Below, in pieces: positions 11,001-24,253 of a DNA stretch of 64,000 nt. The notes beneath the pieces were generated by a model. The model had not been told where the DNA came from. It saw only the letters and a list, made by a program, of their open reading frames with translations, and searched no databases. Where the stretch lies: NCBI GenBank assembly GCA_004022145.1, contig RCNU01000005.1; one strand, written 5' to 3'. Numbering within the stretch: position 1 is the first letter of the stretch; the number at the start of each line of letters is the position of its first letter. Made by a program: the position numbers and the translations under genes. The DNA is from Paecilomyces variotii. Taxonomy: Eukaryota.

Positions 11001-14000
11001 CAATGGCTGCATAAATAAATGCAGAGAAAGTATACCAGACGGGTTTATATGGATCTACTCCTTCGAAACGCTGGGTACCGCGTCCTGGTCCGACAATGCG
11101 TTGGCAGAATCTTCGAACGGGGTTATTCGGCGCGAAAATGAAGAGAGACTTGTTGTAATTCGGATGGTTTTGCAGGTATTCTCTCTGTGCTCGCTTCCGT
11201 TGTTCTGCAGCCGAAACAACTTCCCTCGCCATACTTCTAGGATCCAGGTGATCATATTCACGAGAGACCTGAAGTTTCGAATAGAACGGATTTGGTTCCT
11301 TATTAGTCACCAGCGAGGTTATCTTGCCCCGAATCTTTGCCCAGAATCCAGGCCGAGCTGGCTCCTCTGGGGCTACCGCCAGCGGTATGCTATCTGCCCG
11401 ACGAGGCTCAACTGGTGTATCCTGCTCATCAAGGAACTCATGCACTACTGCATCTTTTAGCAACATCTCGAGAGCCGCCGGACCATGGTCCAGAGGGTCT
11501 CTATACCTGTCGCTGTTGCGACCAAATTTGAAGATTGACAAAAGAGGCAGATTCCCTTGAGAGGGACCAGCGACATGTTTCTCCCGTAGAAATGCTTTCA
11601 CCTGTTGGAGTCGTTTTTCATCTTCGGACACATCAAAACTCTCTTGGATGACGGCAATGAACATGTTAAGGATGATGAAGCTGGCCAGGATAAACCACAT
11701 GATGAAGAAGGAAGCAGAGATCCAAGACGTATGGAAACCGGAAGTGAAGTTCGTCGCGTCGTAGAGTATCGTGGTCCAGTTCTCGCTTGATAGAATCTGA
11801 TACATCCCAAGGAATGAGTTGTATATAGTAAAGAAATTCATTTCGACGGTGTTGCCATTATCATCCTGTTGTGGGATTTGTCCACGGAACAGCTGCGCTG
11901 CAAATATCGCGGCAAGAAACGTGATCAGAAACACGAATAATATAAGATTAAGGAGACCAACTGTGTTGCGGAACACGATCATGATAAGGTCTCGTGTCAC
12001 AGCAAAGGCAAGGACAATCCGGTAGATGCGCAAGACTTGGAAGAGCGTGAGGGCCGAGTATGCACGCTCATCAGTTCTGATCGGCGGGAGCAATATAACG
12101 CACGTAATCACCGCGAGTGCCAGATCAACCCAATTGCGACGGCTCTTGTGGAATCGCCGCCAGTCGGAGGCGAAACGAAGGATGATCTCAATTAAGAGCA
12201 CGAACGTGACACCAACTTCAGTATTGTTTATGAACGCCGCACGGTCCTCACCCATAGTGGAACTCCTCAGACATTGAACAACCAGGTCGAAAGCGATGAC
12301 AGAAATCCAAAGCCAGTAGGTCTTGTCATATAGACGTTTGAGCTGGCTGACCTTGTGAGGGGTTGTCTCTGTCTGACCAGGCTCATCGATCTTGTCAACC
12401 GCAAAGGCACTCCGCTTGCTCTCTTCTCGGATAACCTGGAATGACGAAGTGATAACAGCGACGAGCAAGTTGACCAGCCACAGACTAAGGATCACGATGC
12501 CGAAAGCGAAGAATAGAGCGGAGGCCAGATAATCGCTGTCGGTGGTATAATACATAAGATCCGTGAACGTATTTGAGCTCATAACTACAAACACGAGTTC
12601 GAGAGATTGGAGGATATTGTCAAAGCTGACGGTGCCGTTGTAAGGATTAGACCCTTCAACGCAAACGGAACCCTGGGGACACAAGTATCCCTTGGGCGTA
12701 AATCCAGATGCCACGCCGTCAGCGGTGACCCACGGTTTTGGTGACCCGTCAACTGCATCAAGATAACCACCACAAAACTGGAGGGTACCATAAGCGTCAT
12801 TCGATGTGAAGTTATCTTGACCATCCTGTCCGATCCATGTACAGGTCCGTCTTAAGCTTGACTTAAAGCTCTGTATTCCGACAATTGCGAATAGAAGCCA
12901 GAAGAAGCCAATCAGGAATGCGACATGGACCAGTAAAGGAGCTGCCTTTTTGAGACTTCGAAGAATCACCTTGGTTCGTGTTAGCCACAGTACAATGTCC
13001 GCTTTAAAAATTGGTTGATATACTTACAGATGTTCCATTGGTGAGCCCTAGGAGACGAAGAATCCGGAGACAGCTCATCATCTGAAAGACGTACATGTGA
13101 TGGTCAAACTCATATCCTGTTAGAGAAAGTCCGAATGAGATCCAAAATGATATGACAGCAACAAAATCGAGTCGATTGAAAGAGTGTCGGAGAAAGGCAC
13201 GATGTGCAAGTCGGACGCGCTGCCTCTGCAGAGGATCGTCTAGATCTTCTTGAGGGTTCATGCCCGTGAACGTCCGTATAACCGAAGGCTGCAGTTCCAC
13301 TGGCTCCGTAGTAGGTTTCTTCGTAGATAATTGGCGCTGTGGCGTGAAGAGGTTCTTCGTTTTCTCAGCCAATGCTTTTCTCGCCCCCAATGACCGATTC
13401 AGAGTGCTATACTCTGTAGGATTCTTGATAAATCCTGAGACCAAGATCCTAGCAATTAACTCTAGAGTGTATATGATGAAAATAACAAAAAATGCATAGT
13501 CTAGGTTGGACGACCCCCAACGTCTTGACCTCGGATGCACAAAGACCGGGTGCGCAGACTCAACAGCAAGCAAGACAGTCTGAACGATGATAACTATCAA
13601 AATGAAGGGTTCCGTGAAAGGATGCACGAGAATATCACATAGTCGCATGCGTAAAGGATTGTCAGGGGCGAGTATGCCGAGCGACCTGCCTCGAAGCGGA
13701 TTCGATCGATATCTCCAATCCTTGCTCCGGGGACGAGGCTTTTCGATCTGAGGTTCCACCTTCAGCGACGTAGTAGAGGACGTATCGTGCGCATACTCGG
13801 TCATCGCAGGAAGCGGGGGTGGTCCTTCAAGACGTGCGCTCTTCAACGAATCTCTACGTCTTAATGACTGCTCCACCACTTCCGGTTCGTTACTTAGGTT
13901 AACCACACGCTGAGACATCATCCGCATCATCGAACCGGCTCTTGAAAGTGCAGAACCAGATGCCGAAGGAGACAGGGACCGAGAACGGTCCGCACGTCTT

Positions 14001-14689
14001 CCTGTGCCGCTTTCAAGATTGGGCAAATCGTCACCGAGTCGCGAGCCTGGCCGAACCCCGTCCGTGAGATGGACTGTATGCGTGCTGCTTCTGTCATCAT
14101 AAGATCTTCCAGCATCTGATGCCCCATCCATTGGCTGCAGGTACTGCCGATTTGTCAAGGGTGTTGTGTCTTCATTTGTATCCGTAGGACCCAGAAAGTC
14201 GTCCATTTCGTTCGTGCTGTTGCGCTCCAGATTACCCTCCGTGTAACTGTTCCCTCGAGATGCCAGCCCCCTGGGATATGATGGTGGTGTCTGCGGTTGT
14301 GGGCCATCGAAACTTAGCCCTACAGATGTCATCGCTGCCGCAAAGCCTGCTGGATCTTCGATGGGCGAGGCGTCACCCGGATCAGAGACATAAGGAGACG
14401 GTACGGGTCGCGCGCCTGCACGTGTTGGCTGGTTCATATAAGAGCCAGTCCTCTCGATAGGACTAGGGGAATCTTCTGCAATGCGCTCATATCTCCTCAA
14501 CGATCCTCTTCCGATCAACGACCTCCTGGATCCATGTGTGCTGAGAGGACTGCCAGCGCTATTCGTCCGTCTTCTGCGACCACGCTCATCGGCTGCAACG
14601 GCCTCGGGAGGTCTCGACAGATCTTGCAACGGTATCGACTGATTCCCCGGCCGAATGTCCTGGTCGCTTCCATGGTTTTGCGACGCCAT
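8010..14689 (-). CDS. CCH1: High-affinity calcium channel alpha subunit Cch1 (four-domain voltage-gated channel family)
   Basis: Six exons traced through ORFs 13004-14689, 10495-12969, 9746-10498, 8919-9785, 8474-8971 and 8010-8630. S4 helices LRILRLL, LRIYRIV, FKALRALRLL. Pore loops SSNTF/SSENW/SQEGW/CGEGW give the fungal N-E-E-E filter. EF-hand-like FDPDGTGYIS. Confidence 0.96.
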
Positions 14690-14989
14690 TGTCTCTGGCG
14701 GCTGTTACTTAGTTGCAGACATTGCCAGCTCCAACCATCAGAGAGATCCAGCTGCGGGAGAAAATATCGCACTGCGATATCGGGTATAGGAAGATAAGAG
14801 GACGGCTCTTTGGGAAACGTAACGGGTTCGACGATGGCTTGAAGATCGGAGAAGCACGAGCGAGGGACTTGAGAAGGTCAGCGGGGATGCGGAGGCTGTT
14901 TCAGGGGAGCAAAGGAAGAGATAGGGCAGGCGGGAGCTCCTCGTGTGCGATAAGTACGATCGAACTCTCGTGTGCCAGCGAGTGTCGAG

Positions 14990-15012
14990 ATAATAATAAT
15001 AATAATAATAAT
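14990..15012 (+). repeat. (AAT)n microsatellite
   Basis: ataataataataataataataat upstream of CCH1. Confidence 0.85.
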
Positions 15013-15590
15013 CGAGTCGAGAATTACCTTTGCCCCGAAGACAGCCGGTTTGGCTCTTCCTTCGTCTGGCCAGAGTTGTGTGGCACTCCTTGGACTGTCT
15101 CACAAGCTGTGGCTTTGCTACTGATGGCGGCCCGCTTTCCTGGCGGAGCTAAAAAGGTACCGACAACTTTATGCTGCGGCCCGTTTGACACACGAGGAGT
15201 CGCAACTTCAAAGTGACTCGAGGAGAGATGAAGGAGATAATTCATATGTGGTGTCGGCCTATGTTTGTCTCTGTGTGGTTATCTTCCAGTTCTACCATTA
15301 TAAACCAGGTTTGCAGGTTCCTTTTTGGGGCAAACACTACTACTGCTGCCACCCACCAGCCTCCATTCCAGGCGGGCACGGTCTAGTCTAGAGTACGCGC
15401 AAGTGGGTATAGGCAGCGTAACGGGTCAGGCCCGGGCTAGAATCGTCCTTACATGATAGTGCGTGGCTTTCCATAAATAAACTTCTCCAACGTATATTAT
15501 TATTTGACACAATTAGCGACGCAACCCTAGGAGCCTAGTGGCTGTTAGAGTACAGGTAAAAGTGCTGCGGCCGTACAAACACCATAATCA

Positions 15591-17100
15591 TCAATCCGTT
15601 TCCATGCTATCGTTGGGATTCGATCGCTTTTCCTTCACCTGTCGTCGGATTCCCTCTAGAAAGGCCTCAACGGCATCACCGCCGCCCAGGGGAACACCGC
15701 CTCTGCGCATGAATCCTCCATTTTCTACTGGCACCTTGAGGGCCTCGCTGATGCTTGGTAGGCCACCGTCTCTTAAGGCGACAGTCAGACTTCCAAGGCT
15801 CTGGGTAAATTGCGGCGAACGCAGCACTCTCCTAAGGATATCTTTTTTCTGGGACAGATCAAGCGACTGCAGTGCTGCTTGTGCAGTCGCCGGATTAGTG
15901 TCAACGGCAGACACATCATCAATGTCTTGTGCAAGTAGTAGTAGTGCGGGTGGTAAAAAGCTCAAGAGATGATCCGCCATCTTCTCATCGGCAGACTCGA
16001 CCAGAGGGATGGTGGTGGAAGGAGGAAGAAGATCGGGGAGAGTAGTGAAGGGTCTTTCGGGGTCTTCTGCTCGAGACCCCTGGCCTCCTTGTAGAGACCG
16101 AAGAAACTCCTGTACGACCTGTGACGGATCTGATGACGCAGTAGCCCTAGATAATCCGAGTAAGTTGGGGATCGAGGACATTGAAAAAATATCATTCCGG
16201 ACGGCAAAGCAGGTCTGCGGATGGGATAAAGATAGGAATATGACATCATTGTCACTTGAAGGGAGGAGAAAAAAAAGAAGAAATTCCATTCCATGGACCA
16301 GTGGACAAATTTGCAATGAGCGCAAGCGTAACCGCAATCGTAATCGTAATGCACATGCTAGAACTCAGACTCAGAGAGTTGTACCTACGCTCGTCCACCA
16401 TCCGCACCGCCTTCCCGCGACCCCTGACCCTCTTCCCGGATATCTCCTCCAGTAGCATCCATACCAGCTCCCCCGCTGCCGGAGTGGTTATGGTTGGGAT
16501 CATGGTCAACACCTTCTACATCCTCCATTGTCTCGTCATCGTCACCGCCGTCAGGACCCCTGGGGAGATTGGCGATCTCTTGCGAAACATCAATCTCCTC
16601 TCCCTGTAGCAGCGTGTGGACAATCTCCCCCAGCTTAAGATCTCTGGGGCTGAAATAGCTTGGGTTTCCCCTCTCATGCTGGCTCTTGGACTGCAGCCAG
16701 AAGAGATACCGCTGCGAACTCGACGAGAACTTCAGCACAAAAATACGGCCGTTGGTCGGGGCCTGCGCGGTAGACTGCTTGTACGGGGTGAAGCTGCCAT
16801 CGGAGGGGACCATCACAAGGTCGAGCTCTGGTTCCGTGAGTGGAGCCGATCGAGGACGCCAGCAGAAGTGAATCAATTCATCTTCGGAGTATAGATAGAT
16901 GTAGCCAGGGGTCTGCTTTGGCTTGACTCTAGGAGGGTTGGCAGAGGTCTGTATGGAGCATTAGTTGAGCTGGCGGTGATAGCTGGGGAACGGACCGCAG
17001 CAGCAGCAGCCAAGCATCGCAGCAGCGAACCGGGAGGGATAGGACTCACATCCAAGTCGCAGATACCTGCTTTGAAGGTGATGATGGGTTGTATGGACAT
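15591..17100 (-). CDS. RPN13: Proteasome ubiquitin receptor Rpn13/ADRM1 (Pru domain plus C-terminal UCH37-binding domain)
   Basis: Exons about 17100-17050, 16948-16389 and 16146-15591. Motifs ITFKAGIC, LIHFCWRPR, NGRIFVLKFSSSSQRYLFWLQ and RSPQFTQSLGSL. Confidence 0.92.
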
Positions 17101-17502
17101 GATGGACGACAGGGAGAGAGGATGGTCGTCAAGGAAGAAAGGTGTATAGAGAGAGAAAGGGAGAAAGAACAGAGCAGAGCAGTCAACCCAAGGGTACGTC
17201 AGTGTTGGTGTTTTGGTTAGAAGCTCTCCAGTAGACTACTAACTACTAACTAACCACACCTGCGCTGCTGGTCTCTCCCGGCCGCCGCAGCACGGTCACT
17301 TATCGCGGCAGCTTGGCTGGAGCTCCCAATCGGCACTAGCGCCTTTCGGTTAATTGATAGGGCTCGTGTTCCCACAAACCTCAGGATTTCCCGCCCTGGG
17401 CCGCACCAAGTCAGTCACTTCAATCCAACAACCACCGCCGTCGACAAACCACCACCCCTTCCTACTTTCTTTTCAAGCGACCCTTCGTCCCCAGCAGCCA
17501 AT

Positions 17503-18421
17503 ATGTCGGACTCTACTGTTGGCCAGACGAAGCAGTTTGGAAAGGGCCAGAGGACCGTTCCGCACCACACCCAGAAGGCCCAGAAATGGTACCCCGTGGA
17601 TGACGAACCCCAGCCAAAGAAAGTCAGTACAGCCCTTGTCGCGAATGAAATGGGAAAAGGAATCGAGATGCGACGACTACCAGCCGTGCAATTATCACCG
17701 GTATGGCGGTTGTGCGGTTGCGTACGACAGCCGGTGTCGATATGAGCACGGTTGATATGCCAAGTCGTATATCGAGGACCACACATCTCAGTGATTCGCA
17801 CAATTGAAAAAAAGGGACAGAGGTTCTAACATGACTGTGCAAATGAATAGGTTCGCAAGAGCATTCAGCCCACGAAGCTCCGGGAAACCCTCCAGCCTGG
17901 TGCTGTCCTGATCCTCCTGGCCGGTCGTTTCCGTGGCAAGCGTGTTGTTCTCTTGAAGCATCTGTCCGAGGGTGTTCTCCTCGTGACCGGCCCCTTCAAG
18001 ATCAACGGTGTTCCTCTCCGCCGAGTGAACCACCGTTATGTCATTGCCACCAGCACCAAGGTCGACCTGAAGGGTATTGACGAGAAGGTCCTTGAGAAGG
18101 TTTCCGAGGCCGACTACTTCACCAAGGAGAAGAAGGCCGAGAAGAAGACCGAGGAGGCTTTCTTCAAGCAGGGAGAGAAGCCCGAGGTATGTCTATGCAC
18201 GCACACTGACAAGTGTGAGGAATCGAAGGTTGAGATCTGAGGCTAATGCGTGGATTCTCTATCAACAGAAGAAGAAGGTCACCAGCGCCCGCGCCAGCGA
18301 CCAGAAGGCCATCGATTCGGTTCTCCTGGCCAACATCAAGAAGGAGCAGTTCCTCGGCAGCTACCTCTCCACCAGCTTCAGCCTCCGAAACGGTGACAAG
18401 CCCCACGAGATGAAGTGGTAG
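17503..18421 (+). CDS. RPL6: 60S ribosomal protein eL6
   Basis: Exons 17503-17622, 17851-18186, 18269-18421. Motifs [30 protein letters not shown] and [14 protein letters not shown]. Strong codon bias. Confidence 0.97.
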
Positions 18422-19453
18422 ATGGCAGCTATGGGACCGCGGGTTAGGTGTGTTGGAAAGGGGAATGTTTTCACGAGAGGCGGCTACTAAGTTTTCTTCC
18501 GAACAAAGTTGGGCAACCAGTTGTGGAACATTCGTCTTGTGGGAACGCAAATGGCAAAACGCGGGAGGAGAGCTCACGAAATATGTAACTTGATGCGGAT
18601 ACCTTTTTCTTTTCTCTAGGAAAAATGTGTCACTCGGGAAAGACCCCGGGATGTTATAATTTCAACCTACAGCCCTCCCAGCGCGGCCGGTTTGCGAAAA
18701 GACCAAAAAATATGAAATACTTTTTTCCACCCAGTCAGCATGTGCCCACACATGAGAGGCTGGCATGTCTTTCTAAAACATCGCAATGCATGGTACAATC
18801 TTCTCCAATTCCAAACTCCGATACGATTCCGATCTCCGCATAAAATGTGAACCCCCGACCTAGATCCCACATTTTAACAAAAACCTTCGAATCCCCAAAG
18901 CTGCCCAATACTATATAATTTCCCCTACTACCGTCCACCATCCCATTGATTAGTAGTACCACTTCCATATCCAGATACACACATCAACCCCGTCGCACAT
19001 GGGGTTTCGGAACCAGACTCGGACCCAGTTCAATATTGCCCGAAATGGACTAGACCTAGGGTTTTCCCATTCATGACGAAACCCAGAAATTTCCCCGGAT
19101 TTTTTAAACGGAAAATCGCAGACGAGGTTAATATTACATATTATGGCACCCTAGTACGATACTAGTATTGACTAACGTCCCTAGTCTGGATTGAAATGAT
19201 CGTCCGGGATGAAATGATATTATCAGTACTCTCCAATTTTAGTCTTAAAGATCATATATGGAGACATCCTATAATTGTTTATTGCTGTCCTGCCATGTGA
19301 TTAATTACTTATGTTCCCGATTTCTTTTCTTTTGCTTTGTATGTTCTTTCGAGAAATGAGAAAAATTCCAAAACAGACATCATTACTATTTCAAAGACAT
19401 CTTATCTCGCATTATATATAACACAGTAGATACTAGTTATTCATTTCACATAC

Positions 19454-20562
19454 TCATGAATTCCTCCTCCTACTCCTCCCTTTACTAGGAGTTACTTTAC
19501 TACTAGCCCTCCCGTTTCCTTCCTTGATTTTCTTCCTCGACATCTGAATCGCCTTTCTCACCTTCTCTTCAATCTCGTGTTCTTCCAACTCCCCCCTGAT
19601 ATCATCCTCAACACTCTCTCCTACTGTTGTCCCGCAGACCCAATCGAGGATTCCCCACGGCCCAAAGTTGCCTTCGCCGTCACTTAGAATATGCATATCG
19701 ACCCGTCGGGCGATACCGCCTAGAAAGAAGCTCGTCGGCATGATGGTGTAGCCGGAATAGGCGAATGTTTCCTCCATCGAGATAATGGAGAGGTAGATGA
19801 TGTATGTGATGAAGTGAAATCGGAAGAGCGTCGCAGAGCCATATGTCGGGATGAAGGTCGAGATCAAGTATGGTAGAGGGTGGTCATAGTGTGCTGTGAG
19901 GGGATAAGGTGCGCGCAGGGAATGATACCAGGATCGATGTTTTCGCGCAACCCGTGAGCCGCGTGAGTGAAGAATGTAGCGGTGGACAAGATAGGATAGG
20001 ACCTGTTGCAGGATAAGTGATAATTAGCAGTGATTCTGCGACTGTCGTCCCGCGATTGATTGGAAAAAAGGATAGTATATACCTCTCTCACGAGAAATCC
20101 ACGAACTAGATCCTTCACGATCCCCCATGGCATAGGCAATTTTATCGAAATCTTCAACGCGCTACGAATTCCAAGCACTTTCGTCAAGGTATATTCGATA
20201 CCAGCCTGCGCCGCAATACTCAATGCAAGATTGAGCACTGACCATCCCACAACTTTCGCCTCTTTCAAAGTTGTCTTCCCTCTCTTGCTCCCCGCTGGCA
20301 AGCCGGTTTCTCCATGTGCTTTTATCACCACTGCCGCAGAAGGCGTCAAGATATCAAACAGAAAAAAGAGCAGTGACGGGACGAGGTAAAATAATAAGCG
20401 CACAGCTAATGTGCCAAAAATCTCAACTCGTAGTGGCGCATGCGACAGCACGAGAGTCGTCCATGTCATGTAGAAAAACAGGATATTCAGGCTCGTGCTG
20501 TACGAGGAAAAGGCTGGGATAAGTAGGAAAGAGAGCACTGGGATGGAGAATATGGCATCCAT
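19454..20562 (-). CDS. Fatty acid hydroxylase / sterol desaturase superfamily membrane protein with divergent His boxes
   Basis: Exons 20562-20083 and 20002-19454. Hydrophobic helices, VHRYILH, AHYDHPLPY, TFAYSGY and GNFGPWGILDWVCGT, the last typical of the family C-terminus. Confidence 0.75.
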
Positions 20563-21151
20563 AGCTGCAATTCCTGCTGCTTCAAAATGAGAGGAGGAAT
20601 GGTTTTCAGGTTTCCTCTTCAGCGCGCTCTAGGAATCTCCTTTGCGATCAACTTTGTTGATTGTATGTCGAGTTAGATGCATAAGGGCTTGCACGCTCTG
20701 TTCGAGATTCGGGATGTCGTCGCGCAGATGTGAGTGAGCATATTCTTGCTCCAACTGCGCCAAAAATTGCAAATTCGTCGCCATTCAAGGGGTATGCGTG
20801 CGATATACAAACCTTTCCAACTTTCGAAACTTGATCGCGCGAAGCGATCTTCAACGGTTTACTACGTCACTCGGCCAACCAACCGGACTTTCGGTAACAA
20901 CAAAAGTCCGGACCCGGTGCATAGAATGGCGTTATCAGATTCATCCTCTGTTCATAATCGCGATGATGATTATTGTTTGCCTGAAATGCCCAGAGATACA
21001 TCGTACTTTATTATGAGAAGTAACTTGCTATTGTACTTTAAGAGTTGCCCTGCAACATATCCTCGCTGTGCGTATATAACGCCTGGCTCTTGTGTGCGCT
21101 CTGCCGTAGTGCTGCCCCATAAAATGTGCAATAATATATATAGATCGCTCT

Positions 21152-22167
21152 TTAGTCTTCCGCAGCCTTCTGGTACTCCTCCCAGAACTGGCTAGCAATG
21201 CGCCGCAATAGCTCCCAATCTCTGGGACTTCCTTCGACATGATATCCGAAGAGGACACCACCAACCTGCCATACGACCTCTGACCACAATTTCATGGGCA
21301 CGGGCGTATTCACACGCGTGAAAAACTCAAGAGCGCGCTCAATAGTCACAGCTAATGATTTGTTGGTGAAGATGAGAGCACTATGTTTGGCGGCAAGATT
21401 AGCACATACACGAACTTCTCAGATGAGGGACACCTTTAAGGAATACTCACGCACGCACAAAGAAGACGATAATCGATCGATTCTGCATCAGTTCACGGTG
21501 CACTCTCAGCCCATGAACCCAGAACAGCTCTCTTGCAGTAGGATCCGACACGTTCGCGCTTTTTGCCCTATTTATGCCATGCTCAATGGCAACCAGAGAT
21601 GCAACAGACCATATCTGATCATGTTCCTTGAGACCGTTAGAACCTCGCATCCTTCGTGTTATACCCACAGCACTGACTTACTCGACGATCTCCAAGGCCT
21701 CCACGGCGCTGCTCACGGAAGAAACTAATCCATCTGATCACACCTGGGTTGGGACCAGGGTCGTTTGAATAGCCTAATACTATAGCCGCTGCACGTTCGA
21801 CAGCTTCGATAGCTGCTGCTTCCACATGAGAGACCCACGTCCCTCGTCCAGCAATTCCCTTACGCATCGTGAACTCGGTTATGCCCTCCATGTCTCGAAA
21901 CTGGTCAGACGAACCGAGTCTCGGGAAATGCGTGGCTTGCATATACTGCAGGAAATGAAGACGCGTGACTGGCTGCCAGTCTCTGATGTCCTCGAAAGAG
22001 CAGTTGAGCAGATCCCAGCATGAGCTGATCATCTGCACATTGTCGATGACTAGCTGAGATGAAGCCTTCGCGTCAACGGCTGGGTAGAGACAGAAAGCCG
22101 ATGAGAGAGGTATAAGGACAGAGATGATGAGTATTGATTTCAAACTGGAGCCGTTCAGGGAAGCCAT
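21152..22167 (-). CDS. Putative secreted protein of unknown function (multi-exon)
   Basis: ORFs 21637-22191, 21447-21668 and 21152-21349 are linked by GTAAGT/GTGAGT introns. Signal-peptide-like LKSILIISVLIPLSSA. The start could be 22167 or 22191, and the internal junctions are approximate. Confidence 0.65.
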
Positions 22168-22728
22168 TGTGTACGAGATAATGGAAGTCATCTATTTGAA
22201 ACAAGAGTCTTCAGAGGTGCAGCTGTAGAAACTAGCTGATCATCCAGAATGAAGTCAGCCTACTTTGACTGCAATGGCCCAGTAGATATGTAACGAATAA
22301 GGCAACAGCAGCCCTGTCAGGTACAGACGGTATGATCTCTTGGAAGGAGCTGAAGACGTCTCGTACAACCACTCTTCACCAAGAGCATACCAACTTAGTG
22401 TCTCAATCGGGAAGTTGCTCTCAGAGGAAGTCGCTACATTGATCTTGTGCCCTTTGAACACTTCCGGGAATTCAGGACGTTCATAGGTCATCAAAGATTC
22501 ACCTTCGTGTTATCGCGAAATATACGGTACTGATTTGCTTAGGAAATAACTTGCTCTTCAAGCTAGACTGGTGGCTAAGAATAAGCATTGTACAAGCCAT
22601 TACCATTGCTCATGGGCCTCGAATCCTGACATAAGCTCCAGTAGCTGCCAGGATAGTTCCTGAAGAGCTGAATAGGGTATCTTTATATACAAATCCCGGT
22701 GAACCACGGAGATACCATCATAGACCTC

Positions 22729-23930
22729 TCACGAGCTGGAGGACGGCAATCCATATTTCTTGCCCCAGTTCCATGTCTTCCTGCTGAGGTCTGGGACAAC
22801 CCCGAGGAAAATAAGATTACTAGCCCAGCTGGTAATCGTGTCGAGCAGAATGTTATTTCTCGGACTGGGTCCAAGACTAGTCCCCTTCAACAGATGACCA
22901 ACAAGCATAGTTGTGATCAAGTAATCGCCTCGTTCCAGGGCTTTGATCGAGATTCGGGCGACCTCCTCCGGAGTCTGTGGCTTGTCTGCTTCTTCCAGTT
23001 TCTTGGTGAGCTCCGGTTTGAGCTTCTCCTCGTTTTCGAATCCGGGACTCGATATTCCCATAGGGAAGACAGTGTGAATCTTCACATCCATAGCGGGAGC
23101 TGCGTTGTTCGAGTTCCGACGTGCTCCATTGTACATCTCGACTTCCTGACAGAGAGTATCCGATAAGGAGCGCATTGCCGCTTTCGCGGGCGAGTACGGA
23201 GCGTAACCGGTGACGGGAACGAACGCAAGAACGGATGAGGTGAAAATGAGATGTCTCCGCCGAGATGACGAATCAGAAGCATTTCCCTTGTCATCCGGAG
23301 CAATTGGAGCGAGCCATTTCCTCAACGTCGCATGTGCAGTATACGCGGCGGTCCAATAGATAGTATCCATCTGGTCCTTTAGGGTCTGAATTGGAGTCTC
23401 GATGAAGAACCCTGGATGGCAGTAACCTGCACAGCACCAAACGATATCTGGAGCCTCTCCACCGTTCCATTCTGTCACTTCGCTAATGATACGTTCAGCC
23501 TCCGCAGGGTCTGTGAGATCAGCGCTGATAAAGTGGAATCTTTGTTTCTCGGAATTCAACGCTGCGGCCTGTTCGTGTCAGCAAGTAGGCTAGCTGTATG
23601 GATGGCAACTGACATGCCTTTATACTATCGAGGGCATTTTCGAGCTTCTTCACGGTCCGGGACACGATAACGACATTCGCTCCTTTCTGCGCAAGCTGAA
23701 TAGCGACCGCTCTTCCCATCCCATCGGAACCTCCAGTAACGACAGCAGTCTGAGCAGACAGCAGAATAGTCAGCATAGTTAATACTGAAATGAATGGAAC
23801 ATGAGAGACGTACCCTGCCATCAACGACGAATTCATTCTTCGCACCGAGCCCGAACATCCCGGCTAATGAGTATGTTATAACGCCGCATAAAAGGACAGA
23901 GACTGCGAGGCCGACTGCGGAATAAGACAT
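22729..23930 (-). CDS. TSC10: 3-ketodihydrosphingosine reductase (SDR family)
   Basis: N-terminal hydrophobic anchor, TGGSDGMG Rossmann motif, [17 protein letters not shown] (YxxxK) and [12 protein letters not shown]. Two introns. Confidence 0.88.
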
Positions 23931-24253
23931 GGGAAACGAATGGACGTCGATTCGCACAGAGAGCGACAGAAACCTCAGCAGACAGAATACGAACAAACCG
24001 ATGGCCTCGAGGACATCAACATCGGGGACCCTAAGTAAAGCTGCGCTTCCGATCAAGATTCTGGATTCGCCGTCTTATTGGAAGGAACAAGAGGCGGCGT
24101 TGCATTGAAACCCACATTGGGAATAGCGCATCGAAGGCGGTGAGAGTCGTCCCAAAATTTTATCATCGGGTTATCGAAATATTCAAAGCGGGAAAAGAAC
24201 GCTGTCTGATCAAAGACTGCCATCACCGCCATAATCTTTAATTTCAGACGAAA

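Noticed and set aside
18600..19450. Possible MITE between the convergent RPL6 and desaturase-family genes
   Set aside because: No convincing terminal inverted repeats or target-site duplication.
19454..23930. Desaturase-family gene plus TSC10 as a sphingolipid gene cluster
   Set aside because: Only two genes, the substrate of the first is unknown, and an unrelated gene lies between them. Adjacency alone is insufficient.
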